DNA from: Thermoanaerobaculia bacterium | GTDB taxonomy: Bacteria > Acidobacteriota > Thermoanaerobaculia > Multivoradales > Multivoraceae | Assembly: GCA_963664405.1 (NCBI GenBank) | Contig: OY761158.1 | Coordinates: 3,520,001 to 3,584,000 of the forward strand | DNA length: 64,000 nucleotides | Direction of reading: 5' to 3' | Part shown: in pieces, positions 1 to 9,217 of the stretch | Layout of the letters: every line of letters starts with the position of its first letter | Position numbering within the stretch: the stretch's first letter is position 1 | Position numbers and translations under genes: made by a program | The notes under the pieces: generated by a model | Databases searched by the model: none | What the model was told of the DNA's origin: nothing | Seen by the model: the letters and a program-made list of their open reading frames with translations, nothing else

Positions 1-1158
1 GAGGTCGGCTGGGCGGTGAGAGCCGGCTCGCGGGGCGCCTCCTTCTACGGCGCCTCGTCGGGCTCGCCGAGTGGTGACCTGAGCTGGCTGGTGCCGGAGC
101 CTGGGGAACCGCTGTCTCTACCGCCTCCTTCAGAGCTCGTTGAATGGCAAGACGCGCCCGAGTCGTCGCAACCTCCGCTAGGCGAAGAAGAGGGGCGTCG
201 TTTGCTCCTCGCAGTAGCCGAGAAGCTCGAGCAGGAGATACCCGGTGCGCGCTTGCGTTGGGGAGCACTCGAAGACGGAGCGAGCGAGGTTCGAATCTCG
301 AACAGTTTAGGCCTCGATGTCAGCTATCGCGGGCGGCTTGCCACGCTGGCCCTTAGCGCGTCGACACCGGGTCCCGAGAATCGAAGCGTAGGCGCGCGGC
401 TCACCGCCGTTACGGCAGCGTCGTTTCCCGTGCGTTCGATCGCTGACCGGATCGTGGACCTGGTCTCAGTCCGGCAGCGTGGCCGTCTCGAGACCGAAGG
501 CGGTTGTGACATGGTGCTTGCACCCGAGGTGTGTTGCCACCTCTTGGCTGCTCTCGCACCGGCATTCGTTGGCCCGCGCCGCCAAGTCGCCGATTTCTTG
601 CAGACTCATCAGATGCGGGTTGCTTCGTCTGCCGTGACGCTTGTCGACGATGGCCGGCATCCCGGCGGAGCGCTGGCGGCCCCAGTCGATGGAGAAGGTG
701 TTGCGAACGGACCCAGAGTCCTAGTGGAGAAGGGGCGTTTGGGTGAGTCCATTGTGCCCTGGGACGAGGGTGGGCCTCCGCTGGGCTGCCGGCGGCGGGC
801 CGGCTGGCGCGACTTTCCTCGAGTGGCGCCGAGTCATTTGAGCCTGGCTCCCTGCGCTGACAATTCCGCTTCAGACTTGATCGAGGATCTCGACGACGGC
901 TATTACTTGATCGGAGTGCCGGAAGCTACCCGTCTCCCTTCCAGCTCCCGCGGGTTCTTTCTTCCTGTGTGCGGATTCCGGGTTCTCGGCGGGAAGCCGG
1001 TGGCGCCGCTTTCCATTGCGACTCTTGTAGGCGATCCGCGCTCGCTCCTGCACGCCATCGTCGCTGTTGCCAGGGATATGCGTTTCGTCCCCCTAGATGC
1101 AATGATCGGCGCGCCCACGGTAAGTGTGCGTGGGCTGCAACTGGAAAGAGAAAGCTGA
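1..1158 (+). CDS. TldD/PmbA family protein (PmbA-like), 5'-partial
   Basis: Frame is open from base 1 (EVGWAVR...). PmbA/TldD-like motifs VRISNSLG, TLVDDGRHPGG..APVDGEGV..LVEKGRL and a C-terminal GAPTV. No HExxxH is visible, so it is PmbA-like. Confidence 0.75.
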   Translation, partial: EVGWAVRAGSRGASFYGASSGSPSGDLSWLVPEPGEPLSLPPPSELVEWQDAPESSQPPLGEEEGRRLLLAVAEKLEQEIPGARLRWGALEDGASEVRISNSLGLDVSYRGRLATLALSASTPGPENRSVGARLTAVTAASFPVRSIADRIVDLVSVRQRGRLETEGGCDMVLAPEVCCHLLAALAPAFVGPRRQVADFLQTHQMRVASSAVTLVDDGRHPGGALAAPVDGEGVANGPRVLVEKGRLGESIVPWDEGGPPLGCRRRAGWRDFPRVAPSHLSLAPCADNSASDLIEDLDDGYYLIGVPEATRLPSSSRGFFLPVCGFRVLGGKPVAPLSIATLVGDPRSLLHAIVAVARDMRFVPLDAMIGAPTVSVRGLQLERES

Positions 1159-1167
1159 GGTAGAACT

Positions 1168-2238
1168 GTGCAGCTCGGGATCGTCGGATTGCCGAAAGTC
1201 GGCAAGACCTTGCTCTTCAACATCCTCACGACGGCGAGGGAGGAGACGGGCAAGTTCTCCGCTTCGCAGAAGACACACGTCGGCGTGGCGCGGGTGGAGG
1301 ACCCGCGCCTCGAGGCACTCCGAGACCTCTTCGAGCCGCGACGCTATGCGCCCGCGACCGTCGAGTACGTCGATCTGCCGGGTTTGCACCTGGGAGACGG
1401 CGGCCAGGGACCCGATCTAGGAGTTCTTCGCCCTGTGGATGCGCTTGTCCATGTAGTGCGCTGCTTCGAGGATCCTGAGATCGTGCATTCGACTGGGCGG
1501 CTGGATCCGTCGCGAGACATCCTCGACCTCGATCTGGAGCTGGTCCTGGCGGATCACGAGTTGGTGGAAAAGCGCCTTTCCAGGCTTGCACAGGCGGCGA
1601 AACGAGGCCTGAAAGACGAGGAGAAGCGCGCGCGCGCGCTCCTGGCGGAAACTCTTCTACCGGCCCTGGAGAGTGAAACGCCTCTTCGCGATCTGGAGCT
1701 CGCCGCCGCCGACGATCGACGGCTTCGAGGTTTCCAATTGTTGTCGGCTAAGCCGCAGCTATTGGTGTTGAACGTGGGGGAAGACGATCTGGCCTCGCCG
1801 CCGCCCGACGACGTCACGGCGGCAGTTCGACGCGAGACGGAGATCATTGTGGTCAGCGCCCCGATAGAAGAAGAGATCTCTCGGCTCGACGCAGCCGATC
1901 AGCAAGAGCTTCTCGGTGATCTCGGGCTGGTCGAGCCAAGCCTTCAGCGGCTGATCAGGGCTAGCTATTCGCTTCTCGGGCTCGTCTCTTTCTTCACTGT
2001 CGGCGAAGACGAGGTGAAGGCCTGGACTATTGGCCGCGAGACTCGGGCACAGGACGCGGCTGGGAAGATCCACACCGACATCGCCAGAGGTTTCATTCGC
2101 GCCGAAGTCGTGCAGTGGCGCGACCTGATCGATCTGGGTGCGTGGTCCGAGTGTCAGAAGAACGCGAAGCTCCAGCTCGAAGGAAAGGACTACCTCGTCC
2201 AAGATGGAGAGGTGGTCCACTTCCGCTTCAACGTTTGA
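1168..2238 (+). CDS. ychF: YchF/DUF933 family ATPase (divergent)
   Basis: P-loop GIVGLPKVGKT, HVVRCF, TGS-domain motifs SFFTVGEDEVKAW, AAGKIHTDIARGFIRAEV and EGKDYLVQDGEVVHFRFNV. Confidence 0.9.
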   Translation: MQLGIVGLPKVGKTLLFNILTTAREETGKFSASQKTHVGVARVEDPRLEALRDLFEPRRYAPATVEYVDLPGLHLGDGGQGPDLGVLRPVDALVHVVRCFEDPEIVHSTGRLDPSRDILDLDLELVLADHELVEKRLSRLAQAAKRGLKDEEKRARALLAETLLPALESETPLRDLELAAADDRRLRGFQLLSAKPQLLVLNVGEDDLASPPPDDVTAAVRRETEIIVVSAPIEEEISRLDAADQQELLGDLGLVEPSLQRLIRASYSLLGLVSFFTVGEDEVKAWTIGRETRAQDAAGKIHTDIARGFIRAEVVQWRDLIDLGAWSECQKNAKLQLEGKDYLVQDGEVVHFRFNV

Positions 2239-2254
2239 GGGGAGCGGCCCCGGT

Positions 2255-3259
2255 CTAGGAGGAGGAGGCGATGGCCATCACTTCCTCTGGCTCGCTGGGC
2301 CCGAGGCGCCACTCCAGAGAGCCTGTGCTGCGGACTCCCGGCTGCGCCCCTACGCCGCGTCCTCGTTGTTGCGGCTGTGTCAGCGAGGGACGACTTGGCA
2401 CGGGCGCCCCCGAGCTCGGGCGGCGCTGGCGGGAGCTATCAGTCGACACCGCGACGCCAGCCTGGCTCGAGCCGTTGCGGCTTCCTCGTAGGTCCTTGCT
2501 ACTCAGTGTTCTGGTCGTCGAGGGCACCTTCGGCTCCTCGGCCCCGGCTGCGGTCATCGCTCGTTGACTTTCGGAGGTGTCGCCGTCGCCAACGGAAAGG
2601 CGATCAGTACCGGCGGCATCGACGGCGGGTGCGGGAGGCTCGAGTAATCCATCGTCTTCGAAGTGAGGCTTCGGCAGCAGCAGCTCGGCGATTCGCGCCG
2701 GCTCATCGTACGCTCTTGGAGTCTTGAGCCCCGACTCCCGGGTCCGTCGCGCTCGCAACAGCGCTTCGGTGACCAATTCGTTCTCGATGATATGAGGGTT
2801 GGTCTCGGGGGAGAGGATCTCGGGATCCAAGACGAATGCCTTGCCATACGCGTCCAGGGCCTCTTGACGCTGGCCGAGTTGATCGTGGATGGTTCCGGCC
2901 TGGTAATGAGACCAAGCATGATGCGGGTCGATGGCGAGAGCCTGGCCGTATGTTTCCAAGGCGCTGTCATGGTTTTGCATCTGCTGACGCAGCAACCCGA
3001 GATTGAAGTGGGCCTCGACATAGTCGGGGGCCAGCTCGATCGCTCGGAGGTACACCGCTTCCGCCTCCCCAAGTGCCCCTGCGAGAGTAAGAAGGTTGGC
3101 AAGGTCGTTATGGACTCTCGAATCCGTGGGGCGCTCGGCAGCGAGACTTCGCTGGGCCTCGAGGGCCCCCGGCAGGTTCTTCTCGACGCTGCCGCCGAGG
3201 GCCGGAGACAGAACTAGGGCCAAGACCCCGGTGAGTGCAAACATGCGCGATCTCTTCAT
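2255..3259 (-). CDS. Exported tetratricopeptide repeat protein with disordered C-terminal tail
   Basis: Signal peptide MKRSRMFALTGVLALVLSPALG and about three TPRs (AHFNLGLL, ALAIDP). The ATG at 3259 overlaps the stop of the upstream gene (ATGA). Confidence 0.75.
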   Translation of the reverse strand: MKRSRMFALTGVLALVLSPALGGSVEKNLPGALEAQRSLAAERPTDSRVHNDLANLLTLAGALGEAEAVYLRAIELAPDYVEAHFNLGLLRQQMQNHDSALETYGQALAIDPHHAWSHYQAGTIHDQLGQRQEALDAYGKAFVLDPEILSPETNPHIIENELVTEALLRARRTRESGLKTPRAYDEPARIAELLLPKPHFEDDGLLEPPAPAVDAAGTDRLSVGDGDTSESQRAMTAAGAEEPKVPSTTRTLSSKDLRGSRNGSSQAGVAVSTDSSRQRRPSSGAPVPSRPSLTQPQQRGRGVGAQPGVRSTGSLEWRLGPSEPEEVMAIASSS

Positions 3260-3801
3260 GTCTTTACCTCGCGCATGGGTTGCGCCTTGAGTTTTTGTTT
3301 CCCGCCTTCCTGGACGACGCGAAAGCACACTCGGTCGCAACCGGTTCGGTCGCGGATGAGCTCGTGTTGGCGCCTCAGATAGGTCGTGAAAGAATCGAGG
3401 TCGACCGGCTTGGCCTGGGAGCCTTTCCGATAGAGATGCTGGTATAGAGAAACGGCTTCGTCGGCCTCGAAGCGGGCCCCGAGGACGATCGAGTCCTTTG
3501 CCGAGACGGTAGGAGCCTGAACTTTACGCTCGCGTGGAGGAGCGACCTTTTCCTGGTTCCTCAACCGACGTGAGAAGAGATCGCTATAGGAGTGAAATCG
3601 GGCCTCGAGGCCGCTGAGCAAGAACGATTCGGCTGACTTCTTGTTCGCGTTGCGAAGCGCTGTCAGCTTGCTCCGGATCGCGTCTCTCAACTCTTCGGGA
3701 GGTACCTCCAGGTCGCCGTTGAAGAAGCGCTCGAACTCCACGCGCATCGTCATGATGTCTTGGTCGAGACTGTCGAAGTCTTGATCGTAAGTAGTGGGCA
3801 T
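3256..3801 (-). CDS. Conserved hypothetical protein, MXAN_5187 C-terminal-domain-like
   Basis: Helical protein with EFERFFNG..PP and C-terminal CDRVCFRVVQEGGKQKLKA, resembling MXAN_5187-like proteins. Recognised from memory, not by search. Confidence 0.55.
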   Translation of the reverse strand: MPTTYDQDFDSLDQDIMTMRVEFERFFNGDLEVPPEELRDAIRSKLTALRNANKKSAESFLLSGLEARFHSYSDLFSRRLRNQEKVAPPRERKVQAPTVSAKDSIVLGARFEADEAVSLYQHLYRKGSQAKPVDLDSFTTYLRRQHELIRDRTGCDRVCFRVVQEGGKQKLKAQPMREVKT

Positions 3802-3841
3802 CGCTTCGATTCACGCGGACCATTACAATTCATTACGGAGC

Positions 3842-5200
3842 GTGACTGGACCTTTGGACATCCGACGCCGTTTGCCGGCAATGAACCGTCTTCTTGCAAC
3901 GCCCGCCGTTGTCCGACTGTTGTCATTATACGGAAGGGAACCGGTCAGGGTCCAAGCGGAGCTGGCACTCGGGCGGCTTCGTAAGGAGCTATCGGAGGGT
4001 AGATACGAGAGCATGGAGGACCTGGACCGGGCTCTCGGCAAGTTGCCGGATCAGCTCGAGTCGGAGCTTGCGAGAGCAATCGGAACGCCGGTGCGACGCG
4101 TACTCAACGCCACGGGTATCCTCGTGCATACGAACCTGGGGCGGTCGCCCCTGACCCGAGAGGTCGCGGAGAGTCTGCCGCCCTTGCTCGACGCCTACTG
4201 TGACCTCGAGCTGGATTTGGACACGGGGAAGCGGAGTGATCGCAATCGGGAGGCTGAGGGCCTGCTGAAGAGCCTGACTGGCGCCCCCGCAGCCTTGGTT
4301 GTCAACAACAACGCTGCGGCCCTCGTGCTCGTCCTGGCGACCCTCGCAAAGGGTCGCGAAGTCGTGGTGTCGAGGGGTGAGCTGGTCGAGATCGGTGGAT
4401 CTTTCCGGGTGCCGAGCATTCTCGAGGCGGCAGGAGTCGAATTGCGAGAGGTGGGCTCGACGAATCGGACCAGGCTAGACGATTACGAAGAGGCGATAGG
4501 ACCGAAGACCGGCCTTCTGCTCAAGGTCTTTCCGTCGAACTATCGAATCACGGGGTTCGTAGAGGAGACCCCCATTTCCGCCCTTGTGGATCTAGCACGG
4601 CGTCGTGAGGTCCAGCTCTTGGTCGACGAAGGGAGTGGGCTTCTACGGCCCCACGATGCTCCACAGTTGCGTGGCCATACAAGTCTCGCCGAGCTGATCG
4701 AGCTTGGCTGCGACGCGGCTTGTGGGAGTGGGGACAAGCTCTTGGGAGGGCCGCAGGCTGGTATCCTCGTAGGTAGTGCTGCTACGGTGCGCTCGTGCAA
4801 GACGAACCCGCTCTACCGTGCCTTGCGCCCGGATCGCACCACCCTTGCCGCCTTGGCGATGGTTCTGCGGCGCCATCTCACCGCCAGCTCGTTGCCGATC
4901 GAGCGTATGTGGCCTGTTGGCGAGGCGCATCGCGAAAGGGTCGAGAGGGTGGCCGTTGGGGTCGGTGGGAAGTCTGGGGTAGCCGATGGCTTCCTCGGCG
5001 GAGGGTCGGCGCCGCAACAGGGAATCCCGGGTGAGGTTGTCATTCTGCCGGCAGACGATGTGGTGCTTCGGAAGCTTCGCCTGGGCGAGCCGCCGGTCGT
5101 TGCCTATCAGCGGGACGGACGATTGGTGCTCGATCTGCGGACCGTCGCCCCCGACGATGACGAAGCGTTGATCGGAGCCGTCAACGCGGCTCGCGAATAG
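3842..5200 (+). CDS. selA: L-seryl-tRNA(Sec) selenium transferase
   Basis: VLNATGILVHTNLGRSP, VVNNNAAA, SRGELVEIGGSFRVP, EVGSTNRT, PLP-lysine motif SGDKLLGGPQAG and LDLRT. Start is uncertain (3842, 3854 or 3881). Confidence 0.95.
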   Translation: MTGPLDIRRRLPAMNRLLATPAVVRLLSLYGREPVRVQAELALGRLRKELSEGRYESMEDLDRALGKLPDQLESELARAIGTPVRRVLNATGILVHTNLGRSPLTREVAESLPPLLDAYCDLELDLDTGKRSDRNREAEGLLKSLTGAPAALVVNNNAAALVLVLATLAKGREVVVSRGELVEIGGSFRVPSILEAAGVELREVGSTNRTRLDDYEEAIGPKTGLLLKVFPSNYRITGFVEETPISALVDLARRREVQLLVDEGSGLLRPHDAPQLRGHTSLAELIELGCDAACGSGDKLLGGPQAGILVGSAATVRSCKTNPLYRALRPDRTTLAALAMVLRRHLTASSLPIERMWPVGEAHRERVERVAVGVGGKSGVADGFLGGGSAPQQGIPGEVVILPADDVVLRKLRLGEPPVVAYQRDGRLVLDLRTVAPDDDEALIGAVNAARE

Positions 5201-5214
5201 AGAGGTTCATTGCT

Positions 5215-6519
5215 ATGCCCGGCCGTGTTCTTGTCGTCGAGGATCGAGACAGCCTTCGCAAGCTGGTAGTGCGGGCCCTCGAGGAGGAGGGCTTCGACGT
5301 CGACTCAGCTGCCGATGGCGAAGAGGCTCGCGACCTGATCACAGGGTCGAGCTACCAGCTCGTATTGACCGATCTCAAGCTTCCAGGTGCGTCAGGGCTG
5401 GAAGTTCTCGAGACGAGTAAGCGAGCACAACCCGACACTCCAGTGGTGGTTCTGACGGCGTTCGGATCCGTCGGCGCTGCGGTCGAGGCGATGAAGTTGG
5501 GAGCGGCTGACTTCCTCGAAAAGCCGATCGAGCTCGATGAGCTGGTCGCTCGCGTCGGCGCTTGGATCGCTCGTGAAACCGATATCTCGGGTCTCGAGCT
5601 TCCGGATGGTCGGATGATCGTGGGTAGGCACCCGGGGGTCAAGGCCGCGCTGCGAATGCTCGAAAGGGTGGCGGCGGCAGAGACCACGGTGCTGCTACTG
5701 GGAGAGAGCGGGACCGGAAAGGAGCTCTTTGCCCAGGCACTCCACCAGCGATCCCCTCGAGTTGAAGGTCCTTTCGTAGCGGTGAATTGCGCGGCGATCC
5801 CCGAGACCCTGATCGAGAACGAGCTCTTCGGTCATGAGAAAGGCGCATTCACCGGGGCCAATCGGCGAGAGCCAGGTCGCTTCGAGCTTGCGAGAGGAGG
5901 CACACTTCTACTCGACGAGATCGGTGAATTGCCGCTGTCGGTTCAGGGAAAGGTCCTGCGTGTTTTGGAGGAGCGCACCTTCGAGAGGGTTGGAAGCGGC
6001 ACACCTATCGAGGCCGACGTGCGCCTCGTTGCCGCGACCAATCGGGACTTGGAGTCGATGATCGGCGAAGGCAGATTTCGCTCCGACTTGTTCTTCAGGC
6101 TCGATGTCTTCCCGATCGAGATTCCTCCCCTCCGCGACCGCGCGTCCGACATACCTGCGCTTGCGAGGCATACGCTGAAGGGTCTGGCTGCCCGCCATGG
6201 TGTGGGAGAGCCTCGCGTTACCCGAGGTGCAGAAGAGCTGTTGATGGATCAACCGTGGCCCGGCAATGTGCGTCAGCTATCGAATGTACTGGAGCGCGCA
6301 CTGATTCTGGACGACAGCGGCGTCATCGATGCTCCCAGCTTGCGCGAGATTCTCGGTCCCGCCATCGAGGCCCAGGAGAAGGAGCGCGTTCGCCTCGCGC
6401 TCGAGCAGACGAATGGAGACAAACGACAGGCGGCGCTTGTCCTCGGTGTTAGTTACCGCACCCTGCAGCGGAGAGTGAACGACTTCGATCTCGAAGGCTA
6501 TCCGAAGTATCGCTCGTGA
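5215..6519 (+). CDS. Sigma-54-dependent response regulator (NtrC/PilR family)
   Basis: Receiver domain (VVED, LTDLKLP, KP), AAA+ motifs GESGTGKE, GAFTGA, LLLDEIGE and WPGNVRQL, and a C-terminal HTH. Confidence 0.93.
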   Translation: MPGRVLVVEDRDSLRKLVVRALEEEGFDVDSAADGEEARDLITGSSYQLVLTDLKLPGASGLEVLETSKRAQPDTPVVVLTAFGSVGAAVEAMKLGAADFLEKPIELDELVARVGAWIARETDISGLELPDGRMIVGRHPGVKAALRMLERVAAAETTVLLLGESGTGKELFAQALHQRSPRVEGPFVAVNCAAIPETLIENELFGHEKGAFTGANRREPGRFELARGGTLLLDEIGELPLSVQGKVLRVLEERTFERVGSGTPIEADVRLVAATNRDLESMIGEGRFRSDLFFRLDVFPIEIPPLRDRASDIPALARHTLKGLAARHGVGEPRVTRGAEELLMDQPWPGNVRQLSNVLERALILDDSGVIDAPSLREILGPAIEAQEKERVRLALEQTNGDKRQAALVLGVSYRTLQRRVNDFDLEGYPKYRS

Positions 6520-6600
6520 AGAAGTGAAAGACCAAGAGAGTGAGGAGTTCGGCGTAATCTCTTTCCGGCTCCCTCCTCCCCTATTCCCCTAGCTCACACT

Positions 6601-6668
6601 GCCTACTCTTCATTCTCTTATTCTCCTACTCTCCTGCCCTACTCTCCTACTCTCTTACTCTCTTACTC
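6601..6668. repeat. Imperfect octamer tandem repeat (TCYTACTC)n in a pyrimidine-rich tract
   Basis: gcctactc ttcattc tcttattc tcctactc tcctg ccctactc tcctactc tcttactc tcttactc. Confidence 0.75.
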
Positions 6669-8433
6669 TTCACTTCTCCCTCCCCCCCAACCTCCACTAG
6701 GCTCGAGGGCGGAAAGTGAATCGAGGCGCAAGCTCCGCCGCCTTCCCGGTCTTGGATCTCCAATGTTGCTCCGTGCAAGTCGAGGATGCGCTGGGCGAGA
6801 GCCAGACCGAGACCTACACCCTTCTCCTTGTTCGACGCGAAGGGCACGAACAGCCTGCCCTCCATCTCCGGTTGCCGCGATCTCGAATGGCGACGGTTGG
6901 TCCCGAGGAAGGGTAGTCGAGGGCTACTTCCAACTCCTCGTTCTGATGCGCGTTTTCCTCCTCCGCCTCCGCCGCGTTGTTGAGGAGATTGCGAAGCGCT
7001 CGCTCGAGAAGTTGGGAGTCACCCCAGACCCGAGGCACTCGACTCCCCGATCCACTCCCCGTCGAGTGCACGCGCACAGATTTGCCCGCGACGGCCAGGT
7101 CTGAAGCCGCTCGGCGTACCACTTTCTCCAGACTCACCTCGGAGAGACGGATACTGCCTGGTCGTGCGAAGGAAAGGAAGTCTTCGAGAATACGTTGGAG
7201 ATGATCCGCTTCGTGGCGGATCTCCGCCAGCTCGCTAGAGACTGCTGACGCGTCATCTCGCCGCTGCGCCAACGACAGATACCCGCTCAGTGAGGTCAAG
7301 CTGTTTCTCATCTCGTGCGCGATGCCGGCAGTGAGCTCCCCCATCTGAGCGAGGCTTCTTGCCAGCTGGCGTTGCTCGGCCTTGCGCTGCACGTCTGTGA
7401 GGTCGGCGAAGAGCACGAGGTAGCCGCGGATCACTCCAGTGTCCCGGCGCAATTCGTGCACCGTGAGGCCCAGGCTCGTGCTCTGATCTTCCCCTTCCAA
7501 CAAGATCTCCGAGCGAGGTGCAACGCCGTCGCCGGCGAGAGCCTTGCTGAGGAGGGAGGTGAGCTCCGGCCGTGCCGCAAAGACTTCTTGGTAGGACCGG
7601 CCAGGGGTGGGGGCGTCCAGGCCGAGGAGGTCGCAGCCGAGAGCGTTGAGCGAAAAGATGTTTCCCTCCGGGCTGAGTATCAGGACGCCGCAATCCAAAT
7701 TCGGCGTCAGGGTCCTACCCAGCACGTGGATGTCGTCCTCGTTCTCGTCTGAGTTGCTCAGCGCGGCGAGGGCGCGGTCGAAGGTTTCGAGCAAGAAGGG
7801 AAGCTCATCGGCGTTCTCGTCTGTTGTCGGAACCGCCGCCCGCGCTCGCTCGACCAGTTTGTCGAGGGGGGCGAGTAGGTGTCGAACAGACAAAGCGGAG
7901 AGCAGGATCACGCCGACGATCAAGACGCCCATCAGAGCGGTCAGGCGCCTTACGTTGGCGAGCTCGCGAGCCAACCCGATGGCACGAAGATCCAAGCGCA
8001 GGTATTGACGGGCCTCGGGCGGGCCGAGCGGGGCAAAGGCGATGACCCTTGCTCCCGAGTCGTCGTCGGGTCCGAAGGCCAATGGGGCAGCTGGCGCCAG
8101 CCCTTCCAAAGGTCCCAAGATCTTACCGGGCGGGAGGTCGCCGCCACTGAGCGCTATCGTTCCGTCGGCGTTGATCAGAGTAATGGCAAGCGCACGCGGG
8201 AACAGGGCGCGGACCCGTGAGAAGTCAGCGTCAAGGCTGCGAGCTCCCGCGAGACGAGCCGCGGCGAGGCGAGCGTCCGAAATGGCTCCCGCGTGACTCT
8301 CCCCTAGAAAAGTGTCCACCCCCCTCCGGTAGGAGAGAAGGGTGAAGATAGCCAGGATGACGAGGACCAGCAGTGTGGTTGGCAACAGGATCGAGATCTC
8401 TCTGCGGAACCCGATCTTGGACGCGCTCTTCAT
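6647..8433 (-). pseudogene. PAS-containing sensor histidine kinase (PilS/NtrB-like), frameshifted in the HATPase G1 box near 6872
   Basis: Two TM helices, PAS, H-box AGIAHEMRNSL, N-box ALRNLLNNA and AIRDRG lie in ORF 6814..8454. The F/G2 boxes (RLFVPFASNKEKGVGLGLALAQRI..HG) lie in another frame (6647..6865). The ATG at 8433 overlaps the pilD stop. Confidence 0.8.
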
Positions 8434-9206
8434 GGGAAGAATGAGAGGTACCAAGCGAAGAGAGCCGGGGCGAAGAAGAGAGAGACGATGGCGCCGATAG
8501 CGAGAAAGACCCCGAAGGGAAGTCTCGACCGCATTTGGATCTTTCCCCTCACCATCAGCGCCAAGCCGACCAGGCTACCGAAGAGGGTGCTGATGAAGAG
8601 AGTAAGAGCGACGCCTCGTAGGCCCAGGAAAGCCCCAATCATTGCGAGCATCTTGACATCTCCCAGGCCGAAGCCTTGCACCCGGCGCAGCAGCCACCAG
8701 AGCCCGTTCATGCCGAGGATGATCCCGGCTCCCGCGGCCGCGCCCAAGGCAGCCGACGTAAGGCTGGTCCAGCCGATGAGAGGTTGGAGGGCGAGACCGA
8801 TGATGATGCCGGGAAGCGTGATGCGATCGGGCAGCACGAAGTGTTCGGCGTCGATAAAGGCGAGAGCGATCATCAGACTGCCGAAGAGCGCCGCGATGAC
8901 TGCCTCCCAAGACGGCCCAAAGCTGAGGAAGGCGCCGGCGAAGAGTACGCCGGTGGTGGCCTCGATCAGCGGGTATTGCCATCCGATCGGCGCACTGCAG
9001 TCTCTGCAGCGACCCCGTAGAAGCAGAAAGCTGAGTAACGGGATGTTGTCTCTGAGCCGGACCGAATGCTCGCAGAACGGGCAGCGAGATACCGGCATAA
9101 TCGTAGATAGGCCGCGCGGAAGGCGATGGATGACGACATTCAAGTAGCTCCCCACGGCGAGGCCCGTAAGCAGGAAGTACAAGAAGAGCGGCGATTGCTG
9201 GAGCAA
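8430..9206 (-). CDS. pilD: Prepilin peptidase / N-methyltransferase (peptidase A24)
   Basis: GSYLNVVIHRLP, two CxxC pairs (CPFC, CRDC), catalytic Asp motifs FIDAEH and GLGDVK, and LPFGVFL. Confidence 0.95.
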   Translation of the reverse strand: MLQQSPLFLYFLLTGLAVGSYLNVVIHRLPRGLSTIMPVSRCPFCEHSVRLRDNIPLLSFLLLRGRCRDCSAPIGWQYPLIEATTGVLFAGAFLSFGPSWEAVIAALFGSLMIALAFIDAEHFVLPDRITLPGIIIGLALQPLIGWTSLTSAALGAAAGAGIILGMNGLWWLLRRVQGFGLGDVKMLAMIGAFLGLRGVALTLFISTLFGSLVGLALMVRGKIQMRSRLPFGVFLAIGAIVSLFFAPALFAWYLSFFP

Positions 9207-9217
9207 TTTGGAATCGA

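Noticed and set aside
6601-6668. Repeat tract as a CRISPR array
   Set aside because: Units are 8 bp, with no spacers and no cas genes.
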